From: an uncultured Thermoleophilia bacterium
Lineage (GTDB): Bacteria; Actinomycetota; Thermoleophilia; UBA2241
DNA: 64,000 bases
NCBI GenBank assembly: GCA_963702475.1
Contig: CAVPCT010000001.1
Location: forward strand, 1-64,000
Direction of reading: 5' to 3'
The translations under genes were made by a program, and so were the position numbers. The notes below the pieces were generated by a model. That model saw only the letters and a program-made list of their open reading frames with translations, was not told where the DNA came from and ran no database searches. Shown one piece after another: positions 50,856-61,799 of the stretch; the stretch's first letter is position 1, and each line of letters starts with the position of its first letter.

Positions 50856-51116
50856 GTGTGCCCCCCTCTGGTTCGACCCCGTTGACCGCCGTGCGGAGCC
50901 TACCACGGGGACAGCCCGTCGCCGGCGACACGGCATCTCGCCGCCGCGCCGCCACGCGACGCGCAACGCGCAACGGTGCTCTCCAGCGCTCTCCGCGGGC
51001 AAGGTCATGGTGTGCATCCATCGGCGGGGAGGCGGGACTGCTCCTCGTCTGTCGAGGGCGCCGGGACGGTGCCGGCACGAGCGTCCGCCGGCCACGCCGC
51101 GCCCAGAGGTGAGACG

Positions 51117-51461
51117 ATGAAGACCACGGTAGTGAAATGGCTCGCGCATCTCGCGAGTCTCGCCGGCGTAGCACTGCTCGTGCTCGCCGCCGGTGTCCAG
51201 ACGGCGTTTGCAGCCGTCCTCGAGGGGGCCGGCGGCTCGGTCGGCCCCGTGACCGCGGTGCCGGCGGCGGGCTCGTCGAGCGCGCTGTCGGTCACCGGGT
51301 GGATCGTCGTGGCCGCGATCGCCGCCGCTGCGGCGCTCGTTGGTGCCTGGGCGGTCCTCCGCGGCCGGCGGCGGCGTGCGCCGGCGGCCGCCGCGAGCGA
51401 CGTCCCGTCGCTCGACACCTTCTGCGCGTACAATCCGACGAGCGCGCTCTGCGGACCATGA
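51117..51461 (+). CDS. small signal-peptide + single-TM protein with C-terminal Cys pair
   Basis: Signal ending AFA, Ala/Gly/Ser linker, TM, RGRRRR, FCAYNPTSALC. Confidence 0.65.
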   Translation: MKTTVVKWLAHLASLAGVALLVLAAGVQTAFAAVLEGAGGSVGPVTAVPAAGSSSALSVTGWIVVAAIAAAAALVGAWAVLRGRRRRAPAAAASDVPSLDTFCAYNPTSALCGP

Positions 51462-51612
51462 ACGCCGCTTGAGGCGTCATGAGCACGGGCGGCGGCGTGG
51501 TCCACACCGCCGCCCGTGCAGCAGCGCCCGACCGCGGCGGTGCGGTCGTGACGACCGCGGCCCCATGGTAGTGTCGGGGACCGGCGGAGACAGCGGCGGT
51601 GACGGAGCGTAG

Positions 51613-52912
51613 GTGATGCGTACAGTGACTCCCGGCGACACCGGGTCGAAGCTCCCGGCCGGCCGGGGTGCCATTCTCGTCTTCACCATCGCCTGTGCCT
51701 TCCTCGCGCTGCACATCGTGGTGGACGGCTTTGTCGCTCCGCGGCCGGGGACCGGGCCGCTCGACCACCTCGTGCCGGTGCTCGTCCCGCTCGCCCTCCT
51801 GGCTGCGTCCGCGCTCGTGTTCCCGCGCCTGCGCCCGGGGTGGCGGGCCGCCCTGTCGCTGGTCCTCGGCGCGGTGACGCTCGTGGGAGGCGCGGTCACC
51901 CTGCAGAGCCTGCTCGGCGGCCTGAGCGGCAACGCCGTGACGGGCGTCCTGCTGGTGCCGGCGGGGCTCGTGCTGGTCGGCCTCGGGGTCTGGCTGCTCT
52001 GGACGGCCAGGCGCCGCGGCGGCCGCCGGCTTCTCCGCGGCGCGCTGCTGGTCGTGGCGGTGGTCCTCGGCGCCTACATCGTCGTGCTGCCGATCGCCAT
52101 GGCCATCGTGGCCACGCAGCGCCCGGCCAGGGCGGTGCCCGACATCGCCGCCGTCGACCTGGGCAGGCCGGCGCGGGCAGTCGCGGTGCACACCGCCGAC
52201 GGCCTCACGCTGCGCGGCTGGTACGTGCCCTCGCAGAACGGCGCAGCGGTGCTGACGTTCCCTCGCGAGTGGACGGCGGACCAGGCCCGCGTGCTCGTCG
52301 AGCACGGCTACGGTGTGCTGCTGCTCGACCCACGCGGGTACGGCGACAGCGAGGGCGACCCCAACGCCTACGGGTGGGGGTCGGTCGCGGACGTGCGCGC
52401 CGGCCTCGACTTCCTGGAGCGGCAGCCCGACGTGCACGAAGGTCGCCTCGGCGGGCTGGGCCTCTCTGTTGGCGGCGAGCAGCTCATCGAGGCCGCCGCC
52501 GCCGACCCGCGCCTCAAAGCGGTCGTGTCCGAGGGCGCGGGCGAGCGCTCGGTGCGCGAGGCGCTCGTGCGCGGCGTGCGGGGATGGCCGGCGCTCCCGA
52601 GCATGGCCGTCCAGACCGCCGCCGTGGCGGTGCTCAGCGGGCACGCGCCACCGCCGTCGCTGCGCGACCTGGTGGCGCGCATCGCGCCGCGCCCGGTCTT
52701 CCTCATCCACGCGGAGAACGGCGGCGGCGGCGAGGAGCTCACCCCCGAGTACTACGCCGCCGCAGGTCAGCCCAAACAGCTCTGGAGGGTGCGCGGCGCA
52801 GGGCACACCGGCGGGCTCGCCGCGCAGCCGGACGAGTACCGTGACCGCGTCCTTCGGGTTCTTCGACGAGGCCCTGCTCGGCGAGCCGGCCTCCCAGCAG
52901 GCGGGGGAGTGA
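51613..52912 (+). CDS. membrane-anchored alpha/beta hydrolase (likely frameshift ~52855)
   Basis: N-terminal TMs; LRGWYVPSQNGA, DPRGYGDSEG, GLSVGG, GAGHTGG; natural end FFDEALL in another frame. Confidence 0.8.
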
Positions 52913-53370
52913 GCGCGAAGCCGAGGCGGCGGGACGTGCGCTCTCCGGTGGGCGTCGTCGAGAAGACCCGGCTGACCGTCAACGGCACGCAGCAGGGCAT
53001 GCTCGTGGCCGGAGGGGACGCGCGCAAGCCGGTGCTCCTGGAGGACGCGGGAGTACAGGTTGCGCGAGAGGGCCGACATGTGGCGCGGCAAGGCGCGCTC
53101 TCGTCGCCTGCTCTGGAACAGCTTCCTCACTACCGACCTGACGGCCCGGGTCACGGAGCTCGACCTGCCGGTGTACATCTGCCAGGGCAGGTACGATCTC
53201 ACCGCCTCCTACAGCGAGGCGAGGTCCTACTTCCAGAAGATCGCGGCGCCGGTCAAGGGCTTCTACACGTTCGCGGGGTCGGCCCACAGCCCCCTGTTCG
53301 AGGAGCCGCAGAAGATGCGCCGCATCCTGGCGGAGGACGTGCTCGCGGGCGCCGTGGCGCTGGCCGACCG
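52909..53370 (+). pseudogene. alpha/beta hydrolase with internal deletion
   Basis: N-part VEKTRLTVNGTQQGMLVAG...KPVLL joined to C-part LPVYICQGRYD...KGFYTFAGSAHSPLFEEP; nucleophile region missing. Confidence 0.65.
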
Positions 53371-53446
53371 CCGAACCGGAGGGGCGGACATCGTCGCACG
53401 TAGGCCCGGGTTCCAGGAGCGGCGGACCGCGCGAAAGGAGCGCAAG

Positions 53447-54283
53447 ATGACGGGGACCGGCAAGGACTGGAACGCGGAGTGGATGCGACTGAGCGACGAG
53501 CGCGAGACGCCGCACGACGCCGCGTTCTGGGACCGCCGCGCCGCGGACTTCCGCGGCGGGGACGAGTCCTCGCCGTACGTCGCCGGCTTCATCGCGCGCA
53601 TGCGCCTGCTGCCCGGCGAGAGCGTGCTCGATGCCGGCAGCGGCTCCGGCACGCTCGCGCTGCCGCTGGCGCGCGCCGGCCACCCCGTCTGCGCCCTCGA
53701 CTTCTCGCAGGGCATGCTGGCCGTGCTGCGCGAGCGGGCCGCGGCGGAGGGCCTGAGCGGCGTGTGCACGGTGCTGGCGAGCTGGGACGACGACTGGTCC
53801 GCCTGCGGCGTCGCGCCGGCGGACGTGGTGGTCGCGTCGCGCTCCCTGGACGTGCGCGACCTGCGCGCCGCGTTCGCCAAGCTCGACGCCCTCGCGCGCC
53901 GCCGCGTGTGCGTGACGGTCCCGGCGGACGGACTGCTGTACCCGGGACTGCTGGCGCACGCGGCGGTCGGACGCCCGTACCGCAGGCGGGGCGACGGCAC
54001 TCTCGCGGCGCGCGTGCTGGCGGACATGGGGATCCGCGCCGAGGTCGACTGCCTCGCGCACGCCAGCGTGAGTCACTTCGAGAGCCCCGAGGCCGCGCTG
54101 GAGTCCCTGCGCCGCGTGATCGCCCCGCTCGAGGGGGAGGAGGAGCGGGCGCTCGAGCGCTACGTCGCCGGGCAGCTCGTGCAGACGATCGCGGGCGACG
54201 GCCGGCGTGTGTGGACGCTGGAGCCGGCCATCGCCGTGCGCTGGGCCTTCCTCTCGTGGGACAAGGGCGGCAGATCCGGTTGA
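53447..54283 (+). CDS. class I SAM-dependent methyltransferase
   Basis: FWDRRAADF, VLDAGSGSGTLALPLA, ALDFSQGML, DVVVASRS; AAGGAG RBS. Confidence 0.88.
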   Translation: MTGTGKDWNAEWMRLSDERETPHDAAFWDRRAADFRGGDESSPYVAGFIARMRLLPGESVLDAGSGSGTLALPLARAGHPVCALDFSQGMLAVLRERAAAEGLSGVCTVLASWDDDWSACGVAPADVVVASRSLDVRDLRAAFAKLDALARRRVCVTVPADGLLYPGLLAHAAVGRPYRRRGDGTLAARVLADMGIRAEVDCLAHASVSHFESPEAALESLRRVIAPLEGEEERALERYVAGQLVQTIAGDGRRVWTLEPAIAVRWAFLSWDKGGRSG

Positions 54284-54350
54284 CACTGTCCGGCGCCCAT
54301 GGACAATGACCGCAGGCTGGAGAGCAGCGCCTGATGGCCGAAGGGGGCGC

Positions 54351-56312
54351 GTGACGGGCACATCGCCGGGAGTCGAGACCGTGACGGCGGGCGCGACCCT
54401 GCCGCGGCTCTTCGCGGGCTGGGTCGCGGAGTACCGCGACGAGCTCGCCCTCAGTGCCCGCGCCGGCGGGGCGTTCAGCGCCATCACGTACGAGGAGCTC
54501 GACCGGCGCGCGAGCCTGCTGGCGCTGGCGCTCGCGCGCACCCTCGGCGTGCGTCACGGAGAGCTCGTCGCCCTCGTCTGCGACAACCGGCCGGAGTGGA
54601 TGGTCTGCAGCCTGGCGATCCACTTTCTCGGCGCCGCGGACGTGCCGCGGGCCGCAGACACGCCGCACGACATCCTTGAGGCGATCCTGCGGCACGCCGA
54701 GCCGGCGGTGGTGATCGTGGAGCGCGCCGGGCTGCTTCCGCTGGTGCGTGAGGCGCTGCCCGGCCTGCGCGCGGCGGTCGTCATCGAGCCGCCGCGGAAC
54801 GGCGGCGGGCCGGCGGCCGCGGGCGCCGCCGCCGGCGCGCAAGCGGACGGCGTGTGCGACGTGTACCGGCTGGACGAGCTCCTGGCGCTCGGCGAGGAGG
54901 CCTGGCCACAGGCCGGCGCAGACGTCGCGCGCCGCCGTGAGGCGGTCGCCCCCGACGATCTCGCGACCATCATCTACACGTCGGGCACCACCGGCGCGCC
55001 CAAGGGCGTGGCTCTGACGCACGGCAACTACGAGCTCAACCTGCGGGAGCTGCCGCGTCTGCTCAAGGTCGAGCGCGTGCCGGTGCTCAGCGTCCTGCAG
55101 CCCTGGCACGCCTACGAGCGTCAGATGCAGCTCATGTACTTGAGCAAGGGATGCTGCATCCACTACAGCACCGTCCTGCACCTGCGCGGCGACCTGCCGG
55201 AGGTGCGGCCCGTCGTCATGGCCACGGTGCCGGAGCTCTGGGTGAAGCTGTACAAGGGGGTCATGCTGCGCATCGACGGCCAGAAGCCGGCCCGGCGCAG
55301 TCTGGTGCGCTGGCTGGTGGCGCGCGCTCTGACGTCGGCGCGCGCGCGACGCGTGCTCGACGGCCGCGAGCCGGAGCTGCGCCCGCGCGGCCCTGTGCGT
55401 CGTGCCGCCTCGCGAGTGTGGGCGCGCACCGTGGCCGCCGTCCTCGCGCCGTTCCACGCCCTGGCCGACCGCCTCGTCTTCCGCGAGGTGCGCGCAGGGC
55501 TGGGAGGGCGGCTGCGCTTTCCCTGTGTCGGCGGCGGCCCCCTGCCCGATGCCGTGGACGAGTTCTTCGACGCCGCCGGCCTGCCGCTGCTCGAGGGCTA
55601 CGGGATGACCGAGGCCATCGTGGTGATGGCCATGCGCGACCCGTTCCGGCGCCGGCTGCGCACGGCCGGCCACATCATCGGGGGGATGGAGTATCGCCTG
55701 ACGAACGAGGCCGGGCGGCCGTGCGGGCCCGGCGACGTGGGCCGCCTGCGGGTGCGGGGGCCCAACATCATGCGCGGCTACCACAAGGATCCGGAGCTCA
55801 CCTCCCGCGTGATCGACGACGAGGGCTGGCTCGACACCCACGACCTCGCGCTCGTCCACGCCGACGGCAGCCTGCGCGTGCTCGGCCGCCTGGACGACAC
55901 CCTGGTCCTCACCAACGGCGAGAACGTCAACGCGCCGTACCTGGAGAACGAGCTCTGCGCCAGCGAGTGGATCGACAGGGCCGTGGTGGTGGGTGAGGGA
56001 CGGCCCTACGTGGCCGCCTTCGTAGTGCCCAGCCGGTCCCATCTGGAGAACCTGGCGCGCAGTCTGGGGCTCCCGGTGGACCAGCCGGCAGCGCTGATCG
56101 CCGACGACCGCATCGTCAAGCACTACCGTCACCTCGCGAGCATGATCAGCGGCGACCTGCGCCGCTTCGCGCCGTACGAGCGCGTGCACAGGGTGCGCCT
56201 GTGGCTGGAGGAGTTCCGCATCGGCCGCGAGCTCTCGCAGACGCTCAAGTTGCGGCGGCAGGAGTTCCTGCGCCGCTACTCCTGCGAGATCGACGAGCTG
56301 TACGCGCCCTGA
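54351..56312 (+). CDS. long-chain fatty acid-CoA ligase (AMP-binding, FadD15/Aas-like)
   Basis: IIYTSGTTGAPKGV, EGYGMTE, RGPNIMRGY, NGENV. Confidence 0.9.
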   Translation: MTGTSPGVETVTAGATLPRLFAGWVAEYRDELALSARAGGAFSAITYEELDRRASLLALALARTLGVRHGELVALVCDNRPEWMVCSLAIHFLGAADVPRAADTPHDILEAILRHAEPAVVIVERAGLLPLVREALPGLRAAVVIEPPRNGGGPAAAGAAAGAQADGVCDVYRLDELLALGEEAWPQAGADVARRREAVAPDDLATIIYTSGTTGAPKGVALTHGNYELNLRELPRLLKVERVPVLSVLQPWHAYERQMQLMYLSKGCCIHYSTVLHLRGDLPEVRPVVMATVPELWVKLYKGVMLRIDGQKPARRSLVRWLVARALTSARARRVLDGREPELRPRGPVRRAASRVWARTVAAVLAPFHALADRLVFREVRAGLGGRLRFPCVGGGPLPDAVDEFFDAAGLPLLEGYGMTEAIVVMAMRDPFRRRLRTAGHIIGGMEYRLTNEAGRPCGPGDVGRLRVRGPNIMRGYHKDPELTSRVIDDEGWLDTHDLALVHADGSLRVLGRLDDTLVLTNGENVNAPYLENELCASEWIDRAVVVGEGRPYVAAFVVPSRSHLENLARSLGLPVDQPAALIADDRIVKHYRHLASMISGDLRRFAPYERVHRVRLWLEEFRIGRELSQTLKLRRQEFLRRYSCEIDELYAP

Positions 56313-56533
56313 CGGCCGGCGCCGGCACGCCCGCGGCGGAGGCCGGCGCACGCCCCGCACGCCGGCCCGGCCCGCGCCAGGCGGTTTGCCGCCGTCCGGC
56401 CACCGCGCTACTCTCATTCGAAGCAGTCACCCCAGCCCGGCCGCCGGGCGTGCAGTACACGGCGTGTCCCTTCCCGCGACCGCGGTCCCCCAGGGCCGCG
56501 GAACCCACAGCCCCCGAGCAGCGCGAGGAGCAG

Positions 56534-57514
56534 ATGCAGACAGGCACCCCTGACCCCGCATCCCAGGACGGCGAGATGAGGGAGGTGGCCGAGCGCGCGC
56601 GCCGCATCGCCGCCAACGTCTCCTCGGTCATCGTCGGCAAGGACGAGAGCGTGGAGGCGTGCGTCGTGGCGCTTCTCGCTGCCGGGCACGTCATCATCGA
56701 GGACTACCCCGGCGTGGGTAAGACGCTTCTCGCCAAGGCCCTCGCGCGCTCTGTCAACTGTCGTTTCGCACGCATCCAGTTCACGCCCGACCTGCTGCCC
56801 AGCGACGTCACCGGGGTGAGCGTGTTCGACCAGAAGGCGGCGCGGTTCGAGTTCCGCCCCGGCCCCGTGTTCGCCAACATCGTGCTCGCCGACGAGATCA
56901 ACCGCTCGTCGCCCAAGACCCAGGCCAGCCTGCTGGAGTGCATGGAGGAGCGGCAGGTGACGATCGACAACGTCACCCACACGATCGTCGCCCCGTTCAT
57001 GGTCGTCGCCACGCAGAACCCCATCGAGTACGAGGGCACGTACCCGCTGCCCGAGGCCCAGCTGGATCGCTTCATGATGCGGCTCAGTCTGGGCTATCCC
57101 GATCGCGCGGCCGAGGACGCGCTGCTGGAGGCCCAGACCTCGCGCGACCCGCTCGCCGACCTCGTCCCGGTCGTAGATGCGGCTGAGGTGCTGGCCATGC
57201 AGGACGCGGTCACTCGCGTCGTCGTGACCGCTTCGCTGCGGGGGTATGTCCTCGACCTGCTCGCGGCGACGCGCACGAGCAGGGAGATCTACCTTGGCGC
57301 CAGCCCGCGCGCCGGCATCGCCCTGGTGCGCGCGGCCAAGGCCCTGGCCGTGCTCCGCGGGCGGGACTATGTGGTCCCGCAGGACGTCAAGGACCTTGCC
57401 GCCCGCGTGCTCGGGCACCGCATCATCCTGTCGCCCGACGCCCCTCTGGGCGGCGACGCCGAGCAGGCGGCCGTCACCCGGATCCTCGCGACCCTGCCGG
57501 TGCCGTCCTCGTGA
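56534..57514 (+). CDS. MoxR-family AAA+ ATPase
   Basis: DYPGVGKT, RIQFTPDLLPSD, LADEINR, ATQNPIEYEGTYPLPEAQLDRF, GASPR. Confidence 0.95.
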   Translation: MQTGTPDPASQDGEMREVAERARRIAANVSSVIVGKDESVEACVVALLAAGHVIIEDYPGVGKTLLAKALARSVNCRFARIQFTPDLLPSDVTGVSVFDQKAARFEFRPGPVFANIVLADEINRSSPKTQASLLECMEERQVTIDNVTHTIVAPFMVVATQNPIEYEGTYPLPEAQLDRFMMRLSLGYPDRAAEDALLEAQTSRDPLADLVPVVDAAEVLAMQDAVTRVVVTASLRGYVLDLLAATRTSREIYLGASPRAGIALVRAAKALAVLRGRDYVVPQDVKDLAARVLGHRIILSPDAPLGGDAEQAAVTRILATLPVPSS

Positions 57515-58755
57515 GCGCGGCGCGCCCCACGGCCCGCGGTGTGTCGCTGCTCTGCGTCGCCGTGCTCACGTACGTGGCGGCGCGGACCCTGGGTACGTGG
57601 GAGCTGTACTTCCTGGCGGTGGCCTTCGCCGCCGCTCTGGGCGTGTGCTGGGTGCTGGTGGCGGCGTCGGCCGGGCGCGTGGAGGTGAGCCGTACCGTGG
57701 ATCCCGGCACGCCCGTCGGCGGAGACCCGCTGACGCTCACCCTGCACGTGAAGAACGGCTCCCTGCTGCCCGGGCTGCAGGTCTCGCTGGACGGCGCCGT
57801 CGGCACGCTCGCGGCGCCCGAGGGGCTCCTGGACGTGGAGACCCTGGGGCCGCGAGGCGAGCGCCGGGTCGTCTCGGGGCCGTGGCCCGCACGGCGCGGC
57901 GTGCACCACCTGCCGGCCATGACCGTGGTGGCGGAGGACCCGCTCGGCCTCGTGCGTGCGCGGCGCACCGCCGGCGAGCCTCTCACGCTCACCGTCCCGC
58001 CGCGCCTGGCGCACCTGGCGACGTGGGAGGTCACGGCCGGCGCGGGCACGCGCGGCGCCGGCCGCAGGCGCCGTCCCCCGACGGTCGATGCCACCGAGCT
58101 CCGCGGCATCCGGCCGCACAGCCCGGGCGAGCCGCTCAACCGCGTGGACTGGAAGGCCACGGCCAAGACCGGCAGCCTGATGTTGCGCGAGCTCGAGGAC
58201 GCCAGCGACGGCGACGTGGCCGTGCTGTTCAACGGGCCGGTCCGCGGCGCTGCGGACGGACGGTCCGGCGACGTCTTCGAACTCGGCGTGGAGGTCGCCG
58301 GGTCCATCGCCGACTGCGCCCTGCGTGGCGGGCGCGGCGTGACGCTGCTGGTAGCCGCCGAGGGCTGGCGGCCGCTCCGCCTGTCGCCGGCGGCCGCCGA
58401 CCGGCGTCGTCTTCTTGCGCTGCTGGCCGGGCTGCAGCCCGGCGGGCTGCTGCAGCTCGGACCGTCGCTGCGGACGCTCGTCGCCGGTCCGCGCACGCGT
58501 GCCCGCTTCCGCAGCCTCACGCTGGTGGTGCTCTCCCTGGACGCCGCCCTCGCGCGCGCCGTCGCGGCCCTGCGCGACGAAGGGCTGCCGGTGTGCGTGG
58601 TGCACGTCTGCGGACCCGTCGAGACCGAAGACGACGGCGATCGCAGGCGCGCGCTCGCCGCGGCCGGCGTGCGCGTGGTCGCCGTGCGCGCGGGCGAGGA
58701 CCTCGGCCGGGCGCTCGCCTCGCCGTCCGCGCCGCGGAGGGCGCTGGCGCGGTGA
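57511..58755 (+). CDS. DUF58 domain protein
   Basis: RRGVHHL, DPLGL, LRGIRPHSPGEPLNRVDWKATAKTGSLMLRE. Confidence 0.9.
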   Translation: MSAARPTARGVSLLCVAVLTYVAARTLGTWELYFLAVAFAAALGVCWVLVAASAGRVEVSRTVDPGTPVGGDPLTLTLHVKNGSLLPGLQVSLDGAVGTLAAPEGLLDVETLGPRGERRVVSGPWPARRGVHHLPAMTVVAEDPLGLVRARRTAGEPLTLTVPPRLAHLATWEVTAGAGTRGAGRRRRPPTVDATELRGIRPHSPGEPLNRVDWKATAKTGSLMLRELEDASDGDVAVLFNGPVRGAADGRSGDVFELGVEVAGSIADCALRGGRGVTLLVAAEGWRPLRLSPAAADRRRLLALLAGLQPGGLLQLGPSLRTLVAGPRTRARFRSLTLVVLSLDAALARAVAALRDEGLPVCVVHVCGPVETEDDGDRRRALAAAGVRVVAVRAGEDLGRALASPSAPRRALAR

Positions 58756-61115
58756 GTACCGCGGTGGACACCGCGGGCGGAGCGGCCGCCGGGACCGCCG
58801 GCGAAACGCGCGCGGGCGTGCCGGGCGGCGCGCGCGCAGGCCGGGCGTGCGGCGCGCGCACCGCCCTGTACTTCACCGGCTTCACCGCGCTGGCGGCCGC
58901 GGTCGCCCTGGCGCTCTCGCGCATCGCGCAGCCGGGCCTCGCCGGCGTTTTTCTGCTCGCCGCCCTGATGGCCTGCTTCGCCGGCGCCCCCGGGCTCGTC
59001 CGCCGGCGCGCGTGGCCCCTGGCGCTCGTCCTGCTGCCGCTCGGCGCCTACCTGCTCGTGCGCGTCCAGATCGACGTGCCGGGGGACGCGCACGGCGTGG
59101 GCGGCCACCTCGCCGCGCTGCTCGACGAGTTGCGCGAGGGCGCACGCACGTACGCCCACGAGCGCTTTCCCCTCGACCACCGCCCCGGAGACGGCCTCGC
59201 CGTCCTGCTCTCGCTGGCCGTGTACGCGCTCACGGGCCTGGCGGCCTTCCTTGCGCTGAGCCTGCGCCTTGCGGTCCCGGCGATCGCCGTCCTGCTCGTC
59301 GCCCTGGGTTTCGCCCTCACCACCGACAACATCGACCGCCTGGTCTGGGCGCCGCTGGCCTTCCTCGTGCTCGCGGGGTGCACGCTCGTCCTCTCACGCT
59401 CCCTGCGCCGTGAACGGTGGCGCGCCACCGACGCGCTCGCCGGAGCCGTCACCGGGACGGTGGCCGCCGTGCTGGCCCTCTCACTGCTGGGGGCGACCTC
59501 GGTCGCGGCCGGAGCGCCGCTCTGGGACTGGACGAAGTGGGGGATCGCCGGCCCGGGCGACGCTCACGTCGGCTTCGACTGGATGCAGAGCTACCTGCGG
59601 CTGCTCGACGAGCCCTCCGACGCCGAGGTGCTGCGCGTGCGCTCGCCGCTCGCCTCGTACTGGCGGGCCAACGCTCTGACGGCGTTCGATGGGGACACCT
59701 GGTTCAACGGGTCGTCCTACATGGAGCTCACGCCGGCCACGGAGCCCGGGTCCGTGGCCTTCGTGGTACCGTCGCGGCCGCCGGAACCCAGTGGCCGGCT
59801 CGTCACCCAGTCCTTCGAGATCGTCTCCACCTACACCGACCACCTCTTCACCGGGGGCGCGCCGCGCACCGTGCTGCTGGAGGCATCGGAGACGTATCTC
59901 TGGGTCACGGACGCGCAGGCACTGCAGCTGAGCCGCCCGCTGGGGCCCACGCTGCGCTACGCTGTGACTGCCGTCGTGCCGCAGGTCAAGCCCGCCGACC
60001 TCGTCGGCCGCGGCCGCGAGTACCCCGCGGACGTGGCCCTCGGCTCGACCGGCCTTCCCTTCCCCGCTGTGTCGCAGCCCGCCGGACGCATGGCGGAGGC
60101 TGACTGGGAGCGATGGGTGGCCGGGAGCGCCCAGAACAGGCAGTGGCTCGGTCTGTACCGGCTGAACGAGGAGATCGTGGACGGCGCCGACGATCCCTAC
60201 CGGATCGCCCTGCGCATCGAGGACTTCCTGCGTACGCGGTACACGTACTCGCTGGACCCGCCGGCCAGCTTCATGGAGTCGCCCTACGCCGCCTTCCTCT
60301 TCGACACGCGGACGGGGTTCTGCCAGCACTTCGCCGGCGCCATGGCCGCGCTGCTGCGCTTCAACGGGGTCCCCTCCCGGGTGGCCCTGGGTTTCACGGC
60401 CGGCGACAAGGGTGCCGACGGGAGATTCGTGGTTACCAGAAAAGACGCGCACGCCTGGGTGGAGGCGTACTTCCCCGGCGTGGGCTGGGTACCGTTCGAC
60501 CCCACGCCGGGGAGGACGCTCCCACAGCCCGGCGGGTCGTCGGCGAGCGCCGGCTTCGTCGACCCCGAGGAGACGACGAGCACCGCCGACGGCGCCGTGG
60601 CGAGCCCGGGCCCCACGGCGCGCGGCGCCGACCCGGGTGGGGCGTCTCCGGGCGCCCGGCGCGAGCCGCTCCCGGGGGCGGGGCCGGCGGCCGTCCCGTC
60701 CGGGACCGTCCCCTGGCTGCCGCTCGCCGTCACGCTCACGCTCGCGCTGGTCGCATGGCCGGTCGCTCGCCTCGTCCGCCGCGCCGTGGCCGTGCGGCGC
60801 GGAACGTGCGGCCGGCAGCTGCGCACGTCCCTCGAGCTCCTTCGCGCAGAGCTCCACGACCGCGGCGTGGCGGTGCCGGCGTCGCTGACCCTCGACGAGA
60901 CGGCCCGGCTCCTGCACGGCTGCTACGGCGTGGACGCCGCGGCCGTGCTCGGCCGGGCTCAGGCCGTGCTCTTCGGCGGGCGCGACGCCACACCTCACGA
61001 CGTCGCCGCCGTGAACGCCCTGCGCCGCGAGGTCCGGCGCGCCGCGCGCGCCGGCCGCGGCCGCGTGCGCGCCTGCCTGGCGCTGTACGGCGTACGGGCC
61101 GACGCGAGAGCCTGA
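58752..61115 (+). CDS. membrane transglutaminase-like protein (TgpA/DUF3488 type)
   Basis: N-terminal TMs; YWR..AL..FDG..W, GFCQHFA, RVALGF, AHAWVEAYFPG.GWVPFDPTP. Confidence 0.92.
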   Translation: MSTAVDTAGGAAAGTAGETRAGVPGGARAGRACGARTALYFTGFTALAAAVALALSRIAQPGLAGVFLLAALMACFAGAPGLVRRRAWPLALVLLPLGAYLLVRVQIDVPGDAHGVGGHLAALLDELREGARTYAHERFPLDHRPGDGLAVLLSLAVYALTGLAAFLALSLRLAVPAIAVLLVALGFALTTDNIDRLVWAPLAFLVLAGCTLVLSRSLRRERWRATDALAGAVTGTVAAVLALSLLGATSVAAGAPLWDWTKWGIAGPGDAHVGFDWMQSYLRLLDEPSDAEVLRVRSPLASYWRANALTAFDGDTWFNGSSYMELTPATEPGSVAFVVPSRPPEPSGRLVTQSFEIVSTYTDHLFTGGAPRTVLLEASETYLWVTDAQALQLSRPLGPTLRYAVTAVVPQVKPADLVGRGREYPADVALGSTGLPFPAVSQPAGRMAEADWERWVAGSAQNRQWLGLYRLNEEIVDGADDPYRIALRIEDFLRTRYTYSLDPPASFMESPYAAFLFDTRTGFCQHFAGAMAALLRFNGVPSRVALGFTAGDKGADGRFVVTRKDAHAWVEAYFPGVGWVPFDPTPGRTLPQPGGSSASAGFVDPEETTSTADGAVASPGPTARGADPGGASPGARREPLPGAGPAAVPSGTVPWLPLAVTLTLALVAWPVARLVRRAVAVRRGTCGRQLRTSLELLRAELHDRGVAVPASLTLDETARLLHGCYGVDAAAVLGRAQAVLFGGRDATPHDVAAVNALRREVRRAARAGRGRVRACLALYGVRADARA

Positions 61116-61218
61116 GGCCGGGCGGCCGGCGGCCCGGCCCGGCGTCGGAGACCGGCGCCCGTCGCTCGCGATTCGGCACGCCCGTGTCGATAACCACCCG
61201 AGCCGGCCCGGATCCCAC

Positions 61219-61787
61219 ATGTCCGCACACGCCCCGAAGACACCGCTGAAGCTTCTCGTCATCGTCGCCCTCGTGGCGGCGAGAGCGATCGCGCGCGCGA
61301 TCGCTCTGGGGCCGGCCATGGGTTCGCTGCACCAGAAGACGCTGCGCGCGGACATCTCCGAGGTCAGCGATCCGACTCGGGCCGGCGACTATCACCTGAA
61401 CGTCCTCCTGAAGACGGTCAGCGTGGACCTCGACCAGGGTCCGTGCGGCTGCAGCTCGGGTGCATCCTCGTCGGCGAGGACCTGCTCGACCACTCAGTCT
61501 GGCCCGCCGAGGTGAAGTACCCCATCACGCTCAGTCTCGGGATCTCGAAGCACGGGACGCAGCAGACCGAGGTCTTCGCCGACAGGCGCGTGGGCGGCAT
61601 CACGTACGTGGACCTCGACCTGGACGGCAACGTGGAGGACCACCCCCGCGACCGGCACTCCACGACGCTGTGGCTGAGCGCGTACAGGGAGGCGTTCTTC
61701 GGCACGCTGCTGTTCGCCATCGTGGCCATCGGGGTCGTGGCCGCCGACTACCTGTGGCGGCGGGCAAGGGACGCGCGGGTCGAGTGA
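61219..61787 (+). CDS. hypothetical membrane protein, probable frameshift ~61440
   Basis: Signal-like N-part (61219) and C-terminal TM part (61443-61787) in different frames with high-GC codon style. Confidence 0.5.
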
Positions 61788-61799
61788 CGGGGGGCGGCC

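Noticed and set aside
56534-61115. MoxR-DUF58-transglutaminase operon as a novel system
   Set aside because: A widespread, well-described conserved trio.
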